DNA of 59,213 nt, taken from positions 1 through 59,213 of IMG/VR virus record IMGVR_UViG_3300032081_000715, one strand, 5' to 3'. The position numbers and the translations under genes are program-made. The DNA comes from a virus (Duplodnaviria; Caudoviricetes). This document shows, in pieces, positions 53,786 through 59,213 of the stretch. The notes under the pieces were generated by a model. That model did not search any database. It saw only the letters and a program-made list of their open reading frames with translations, and had not been told where the DNA came from. Numbering within the stretch: the first letter of the stretch is position 1; each line of letters begins with the position of its first letter.

Positions 53786-54079
53786 TTAAGCTTCACCTCT
53801 TTCATGTTTACTAGCCCATATGGCTTTAAGTTGACCTGGTGCAAATTTTCTTTTAGAAAACCCACCAGATTTTCTAACTTCTTTTGCAAACTCTTCTGGT
53901 AGTTTACCAGATTTTTCAGCCGCTCTTAAACCAGCATTAAACTTAGTATGAGGTTTACCTTTATTCATATCTTTAACGTGACCCTCGACTATATCAGCTT
54001 GTTTACCGTGAGCTTTAACAGCTCCACGTAATTGTTTTACAACCTCTTCAAGGTTTTTATATTTCATTTTAAATGCCAT
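53786..54079 (-). CDS. MAFKMK-leader small basic protein
   Basis: MAFKMKYK. Confidence 0.65.
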   Translation of the reverse strand: MAFKMKYKNLEEVVKQLRGAVKAHGKQADIVEGHVKDMNKGKPHTKFNAGLRAAEKSGKLPEEFAKEVRKSGGFSKRKFAPGQLKAIWASKHERGEA

Positions 54080-54081
54080 AA

Positions 54082-54690
54082 TTATATATCTAAATCGTTA
54101 CTATCTAATAATGTGTATGTAAAGCTATTGCTCCACTTGTCTCTAGCAACTCTACATATATCCATAAACTCATGCCAATCATCGTTAGCTGCTATTACTT
54201 GACATCCAGCTGACCATTTATCTACTTGTTTAGATTTTTTACCACCCCATTTAGTAGCTCGATGTATATTAATTCCATACAAACCTGTTTGAGTGTTGTC
54301 ATCGCTTAAATCAAACTTGTTATCTTTATTAGCGTCGCGGTAAACTGTAACAGGTTTACATTGACCTAATGCTTCATATCTACCTTGATGTAATCTTATT
54401 TTATGAGAACCAGAATACTGCCCTTCTTTCAAGACGGCCACGCCCTCCACTCTCATTATATTCTCCACCCAATATTTACCGGGATCAGTTGTACAATCAT
54501 AACAATAAAACTCCCACTGATCATCACATTTAAATGATAGTGTTATTTTGTCATCAAACTTATTTGTTACCTCATTGCCTGTATCAGAGTTTCTAACTCC
54601 TACTATATTAAGGTTATAGTCACCTTTTTCAAACCACTTATAGCCCTTGCATTTAACCGCTTTTTCTATTATTTCTTTAGTTAATTTCAT
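54082..54690 (-). CDS. Putative endolysin (L,D-transpeptidase/YkuD-like)
   Basis: TTDPG, GINIHRA...WSAGCQV His/Cys motif. Confidence 0.65.
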   Translation of the reverse strand: MKLTKEIIEKAVKCKGYKWFEKGDYNLNIVGVRNSDTGNEVTNKFDDKITLSFKCDDQWEFYCYDCTTDPGKYWVENIMRVEGVAVLKEGQYSGSHKIRLHQGRYEALGQCKPVTVYRDANKDNKFDLSDDNTQTGLYGINIHRATKWGGKKSKQVDKWSAGCQVIAANDDWHEFMDICRVARDKWSNSFTYTLLDSNDLDI

Positions 54691-54992
54691 TACTTTATTA
54701 TTACTGTTACTGTAGGTGTACCTGAACCTGTTGTTGTTATTCTTAAACTAAAAATATTACTGTCAAAAGCAATGTTATCTGATAGTACTAAAGAAGAGCT
54801 AACTGGTATTTCAACTTCTTTTATTATAACAAAAGTAGTTGAACCGTCGTGTAAATCAACCGTTACTTTAGTAATAGCGGCATCTTCATTAGTTATTAAT
54901 ATTTTTTTAATATTACCACTTACTCCACTACCTTTAGTTATTAAAGATTGATTACTAGCTGCGCCTGCAAATCTTTTATATATACCAGCCAT
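54690..54992 (-). CDS. Hypothetical beta-rich protein
   Basis: 100 aa, coupled. Confidence 0.55.
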   Translation of the reverse strand: MAGIYKRFAGAASNQSLITKGSGVSGNIKKILITNEDAAITKVTVDLHDGSTTFVIIKEVEIPVSSSLVLSDNIAFDSNIFSLRITTTGSGTPTVTVIIK

Positions 54993-55213
54993 TATATTAA
55001 ATTTAAAGTTATTCTTTTAGTTACATCACCCTTGCCAAAATCTTTAACAACAGTCATTACTATAGAGTACTTACCTCTATTTTCTGTCATATCACCAAAT
55101 GATATTGTAGTTCCACTAGGAACCGTAATAAGGTTGTCTTTGCCTTTGTCGACAACCTTACCATCTTTTATAGCTTTTTTATATTTTAATTGTTCGCCAC
55201 CTATAAACTTCAT
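54992..55213 (-). CDS. Hypothetical protein
   Basis: 73 aa, coupled. Confidence 0.55.
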   Translation of the reverse strand: MKFIGGEQLKYKKAIKDGKVVDKGKDNLITVPSGTTISFGDMTENRGKYSIVMTVVKDFGKGDVTKRITLNLI

Positions 55214-55392
55214 TATATTTCAAATCCAAAGTTTAATATCATAAATCTAAATCTAGGACACTTACCTTTGTTCTCACACGTAGCGCAAGGACAAAACATA
55301 ATTTCAAACATAGTCCAAGTTCCTAGTCTAAATACTAATTCATATTTTTCTTTTTTATTTCCTGCTTTCCAGGAATTAATCCAATTTACCAT
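55213..55392 (-). CDS. Small protein (59 aa) with CPCxxC
   Basis: Hand-translated MVNWINSWK...FCPCATCENKGKC...FGFEI*; follows promoter motif. Confidence 0.6.
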   Translation of the reverse strand: MVNWINSWKAGNKKEKYELVFRLGTWTMFEIMFCPCATCENKGKCPRFRFMILNFGFEI

Positions 55393-55416
55393 ATTTTAAA
55401 GTTTTGATTCTATAAT

Positions 55417-55425
55417 ATAATCACA
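55417..55425 (-). promoter_or_regulatory. Putative late promoter motif TGTGATTAT
   Basis: Intergenic right after the giant-gene stop, 24 nt upstream of ATG 55392. Confidence 0.55.
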
Positions 55426-55428
55426 CGT

Positions 55429-58400
55429 TTATTGGTGAGCATAACATTTTTTGTTTTTATTCTCTGTTTTGTTCTTACATCTCTTTCCATTAGATTTAGT
55501 AGCGGTACATCTATATTCTTTCTTACCATCACCGTCTGTATCGCTACCATCTTTAAATGGCTTATGGTGTACACATAAGAATTTTTTGTCTGCAGTTTCA
55601 GTCGTTATCTTACATCTTTGACCATTAGAACGTATACCAGAACATCTAACAGTTTTAATACCTTTCTTTTTCTTTTCTTCTTCTTCTTTTTTCTTTTCTT
55701 CTTCTTTTGCTTTTTCTTTTTCTATTTTCTTTTGTTCTTTTTCTTTTTCTTTTTCAATCTTTTTCTTTTCGTCAATACGTTTTTTAGCAGCCTCTTTATC
55801 TTCGTCTTCAAGACCTAACTCCCAAGTGCTCCAACCTAAACCTAGCATTATTCTATTCCATGTAGAATGATTGCCTGTTATAGCTTCTTCTAGGTTATTA
55901 GCTTTTCTAACTAATCTTTGTGTTGGTAAATTAAATCCAGCTTCAAGTAAGCTAGCCCAGAAATATAATTTAGGACTTTCTATACGCCACCCTAACTCTT
56001 CACTAAGCTTACCACCTTTATCGTAATACTCAGATCGTATAGCTTGGTATACCTTTCTAGCCTTACTGCCTATTGGTGGAGAAAAACTAAGTAACTCTAA
56101 TAAAATTTTAGCATCTTCTCTGTTCCACGTTTTATCCTTTTCTTCTTTATAAACATTATATGTATTTTTTACAGTAGAAACAACAGCACCGTGCAAACCT
56201 ATTCCACGCAAGAAACTATCTAAAGTTCCATTAAATACTCGTTTTATATCTTTATCTTTTTCATCTTCATCATCTCCCCATAAAGAGTTAGCTAAAGCTT
56301 GTTGTAAAGCTAAGAATACAAAACTTTGTACAGCGCCGTAATACATTATTTTAGATATATTAGTTTTTGGATCACCTCTTCGGTTAACTAAATCAGATAA
56401 TGCCTTTTTAGTTAAACGAGTATATTGCATTGTGACGTTTTGAAAAGCTAATACAACCCTACCTAATACACTAGCTTGTTGCCCTGATACCATATCTTCT
56501 CTTGAAGACTGCTGAGTTTCTTCAGCAATTTCCTGCATGTCTAACATTGCTTGATCACTAGCTTGTTTATCAGTCATGCCTTGTTTTTTATAAGTATTAA
56601 ACCTATTTCTGTACATAGATGCACCACCAAAAGCAATAGCAAAACTATCTACAATTTGAGTAGGTTTAAAACCTAATTGTAGTAAGTAATTAATAAGTTT
56701 CCTTGGCGTTACTTTTCCATCAGAAAATGTTGCAGCTAACTCTGCCGCGTTTACATCTGTTTGTAAACCACCTCTTCTTTGTTTTAGTTGAGGGGAATTA
56801 AATATCATAGCAAAGTCTTTCCAAAACTGAGGCTGATTAGCAAATGCTTTAGCTGCTTTAAATATATTATTATCATTCCAGTTTATAAAGTTAACTGTAG
56901 ACAAAGTCTGTAGCACAGCTGACCTCATGTTAAAAAACATAATTGCACCAACAGAACCATTAATCCAGTCTAATAAATTATTAACGTTACTATCGGGACT
57001 AATTCTTCTATTAGTGCCGTTTTCCATACGATACATTATATTTTCTAAAGCTTTTCTAAAATTAGTACCATACACAGCTTCTATCTTGTTCATGTTTTCA
57101 GGAGTAAATATTGCCTCTGCGTTAGCCAAATAGTCTGCTAAAAATTGTTTTCTACCTATTTTATTTACTATGTTATTTAGATCACTAGCTATCGTGCCTA
57201 CTGCCCAACCTTCTTTTGGTTTTATATAACCTTCTTCTAATCTAGTAATTTTACTTAAAGTATCTGCATACTGTTTTATTTTATTGTTATTTAAAACGTG
57301 GTCTATTAATTTTTGTTTAGTAGCATTATCAATACCAGGTATATCAAAACCAGCTTTATCCCATAAGTAAACTCTTATAGCAGCATCAGTATTAAAAGCT
57401 GTTCCTTTTACATTTTTATACAAAGACTTACTTACTTCTTTAAAGTCTTTTCTCAGCTGTTTATACTCATTAACCATACCTTGTTTATAAGTATTCCAAG
57501 ACCGTATACCTTTTGCAAATGGGTCTAACAAGTTTTCTTTAAACCAAGCCATATGTTGATCACCTTGCTTGCCTGTGCCTAGAAACCTGTATAATAAACC
57601 TTTAAAGTCTTCCGCTGATGGCGGTACAAATATTCTCCACCAACCTTTATTTCTACCGGTTTTCATTGCCTCAGCTTGAGATATAACTTTTTTAGCATTA
57701 ATACCTTTTGACTCTTCTATTATTTTGTTAAATTCTTTACTAGCGTTTTTACTAAACTTAATTTTAGCTTGAACAACTTTAGATTTAATATCTAATTGAT
57801 CTAACACTTGTTTGACAGCTTCAACATTTTGTATAGCGTCATCAACAAAATACATATCATTATAGCCTTCAGCAAACTTTTCTAGCATCCATTGTGCTTT
57901 AGCATTTCCAGTGCTGTTAGCTAATCCTGTTATATTTTTTAATGGTATGTTTATTCCTTGAGAATCTAAAAACTGTTTTATTGCAGGAGCAGAAGCCTGA
58001 GGTCTAGCGGTTAAAACAAACATGTCTTTAGTGCCGTATTTCTTTGCTCTACTTCTAGCTTTATCCATTAACGGTCCAGGCTTGCCATCGACTACATCAT
58101 TAAACTCTGAAAAATCAAACTTACCACCTTTAGCTAATATAACGTCTCCTTGTTCAGCAAATTCAGTAGCATCTAATCTAACTTTTTCATAACTAGAAAC
58201 AAAATCATCCATTTGTTTTACTAATGTACTTGGCATTGGATCTTGTTGAGTTATATTATCTGTATTAACTTCCATAAACCTATTGCCAAACATATCTTTA
58301 AATGTAGGTTTATTACCTTGTACCGACTCATGATTACGTTTAACTATAGTATCTAACAACGATCTTTCTTTTCTAGCTCTATTACGCTCTAAGGCTACAT

Positions 58401-59213
58401 CTAATGAAGTATCTACAAATAACATACTAACATCATACCCTTTAGATTTAAATTCATTTACGAGGTTTTGCATTGATTTTACAGAGCCACCAGTACCGTC
58501 AACAACAACGCCATTAGCGTTACCTTGATACTTCATCATTTTATTTCTAGCTATTTTTCTAGACTCATGACCTAACTTACCAAGTATACTTCTTTGTTCA
58601 GAGGTCAGCTCTCTCATATCAGCTGGTAAACCATTATTCTTTTTCAACCACTCTAATGATATATCTGAGTTTACTATTTTAAAACCTTGGTTAGCTAAAT
58701 TTAGTTTGCTAATAACATTGCCTTTACCACTACCAGCGCCACCAGCTAAAAATATAACTTTACGTTTTGGTTTAGGTTTGCCATCGGTGTTAGGTATTGT
58801 GGCTCTAACGCCTGATTTAGTAAAACTTAAAGTATCATCAAAATCAAACGTTGACATACCTTTTACTACCGGTTTTTTACTAAACTTTATAAGATTATCT
58901 TTAGCTTTATACATAGCTGAAGACTTAGAGTTTTTTATGTTAGCACTTTTAACTAACTTTGTTTGTTCTTTAGAAAATGCTCTATCAGATTTTACTTCTT
59001 GAAAACTTTTACCATCTGAACTAAATATATTATTTAAATCTGTTTGCTTTAAAATATTTAATCTACTAAAACCAGCTGTACTTGTTTTACCACCTGGAGC
59101 TAAATCTATTAAATCCATAGTGTGTGTACTACCTAAAAATTGTGAGTGATTATTAAATACTAAATCTAACTCGGCATTAATATCAGTACCCTGAGGAGCG
59201 TATATTAACTCAG
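55429..59213 (-). CDS. Giant multidomain virion protein, C-terminal part (5'-truncated): HAD phosphatase with nested P-loop kinase, helical region, tandem C3H zinc fingers
   Basis: Frame stays open upstream of ATG 59118 to the window edge (ELIYAPQGTD...). Motifs: FDFDDT, GGAGSGK, VVDGT, LTAR, FVDD, RCxxxxSNGxRC...CxxH twice. Confidence 0.8.
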   Translation of the reverse strand, partial: ELIYAPQGTDINAELDLVFNNHSQFLGSTHTMDLIDLAPGGKTSTAGFSRLNILKQTDLNNIFSSDGKSFQEVKSDRAFSKEQTKLVKSANIKNSKSSAMYKAKDNLIKFSKKPVVKGMSTFDFDDTLSFTKSGVRATIPNTDGKPKPKRKVIFLAGGAGSGKGNVISKLNLANQGFKIVNSDISLEWLKKNNGLPADMRELTSEQRSILGKLGHESRKIARNKMMKYQGNANGVVVDGTGGSVKSMQNLVNEFKSKGYDVSMLFVDTSLDVALERNRARKERSLLDTIVKRNHESVQGNKPTFKDMFGNRFMEVNTDNITQQDPMPSTLVKQMDDFVSSYEKVRLDATEFAEQGDVILAKGGKFDFSEFNDVVDGKPGPLMDKARSRAKKYGTKDMFVLTARPQASAPAIKQFLDSQGINIPLKNITGLANSTGNAKAQWMLEKFAEGYNDMYFVDDAIQNVEAVKQVLDQLDIKSKVVQAKIKFSKNASKEFNKIIEESKGINAKKVISQAEAMKTGRNKGWWRIFVPPSAEDFKGLLYRFLGTGKQGDQHMAWFKENLLDPFAKGIRSWNTYKQGMVNEYKQLRKDFKEVSKSLYKNVKGTAFNTDAAIRVYLWDKAGFDIPGIDNATKQKLIDHVLNNNKIKQYADTLSKITRLEEGYIKPKEGWAVGTIASDLNNIVNKIGRKQFLADYLANAEAIFTPENMNKIEAVYGTNFRKALENIMYRMENGTNRRISPDSNVNNLLDWINGSVGAIMFFNMRSAVLQTLSTVNFINWNDNNIFKAAKAFANQPQFWKDFAMIFNSPQLKQRRGGLQTDVNAAELAATFSDGKVTPRKLINYLLQLGFKPTQIVDSFAIAFGGASMYRNRFNTYKKQGMTDKQASDQAMLDMQEIAEETQQSSREDMVSGQQASVLGRVVLAFQNVTMQYTRLTKKALSDLVNRRGDPKTNISKIMYYGAVQSFVFLALQQALANSLWGDDEDEKDKDIKRVFNGTLDSFLRGIGLHGAVVSTVKNTYNVYKEEKDKTWNREDAKILLELLSFSPPIGSKARKVYQAIRSEYYDKGGKLSEELGWRIESPKLYFWASLLEAGFNLPTQRLVRKANNLEEAITGNHSTWNRIMLGLGWSTWELGLEDEDKEAAKKRIDEKKKIEKEKEKEQKKIEKEKAKEEEKKKEEEEKKKKGIKTVRCSGIRSNGQRCKITTETADKKFLCVHHKPFKDGSDTDGDGKKEYRCTATKSNGKRCKNKTENKNKKCYAHQ

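Noticed and set aside
59119-59213. Window as a complete circular genome
   Set aside because: No terminal overlap seen, and the direct end-join breaks the reading frame
1-59213. Stop-codon reassignment, integrase/prophage boundaries, introns or inteins
   Set aside because: Genes are intact and tightly packed under the standard bacterial code; no integrase, host genes or splicing motifs recognised

Overview
A 59.2 kb, AT-rich, gene-dense fragment covering most of an apparently lytic tailed-phage genome. The host is probably a Bacteroidota (flavobacterial) cell, inferred from A-rich start contexts without Shine-Dalgarno sites, an Hc1-like gene and a T9SS-type C-terminal domain. There are three blocks. 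(i) Minus strand 1-31136 is the late/virion arm: GroEL/GroES, holin, terminase, portal, scaffold-like protein, major capsid, tail ring and nozzle proteins, ejection-type proteins, and the 5' part of a giant ORF that runs off the left edge. (ii) Plus strand 31424-48167 is the early/replication arm: small ORFs behind six copies of a phage-specific promoter motif, tRNA-Arg(UCU), two candidate structured ncRNAs, DNA ligase, UV-repair glycosylase, sigma factor, ERF/RecE-like recombination genes, primase-helicase, a dCMP-hydroxymethylase-like enzyme, MazG-like proteins and class II RNR. No DNA polymerase or integrase was recognised. (iii) Minus strand 48201-59213 holds the 3' part of a giant ORF entering from the right edge, an endolysin candidate, an envelope-targeted module and many small proteins with a shared 'MAFKMK...[SNE]PFxK' leader. 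The most unusual signals are an in-phase G_GGA_AAG slippery site plus hairpin (-1 frameshift, dual-coded segment) at the start of the giant gene; the shared leader family with a leader-bearing metalloprotease; two ncRNAs ending in tRNA-like T-arm/acceptor modules; a P-loop kinase nested inside a HAD phosphatase; and a phage-encoded LDLa-like/T9SS-CTD protein beside an outer-membrane barrel. All family assignments come from motif recognition by eye, not database searches.
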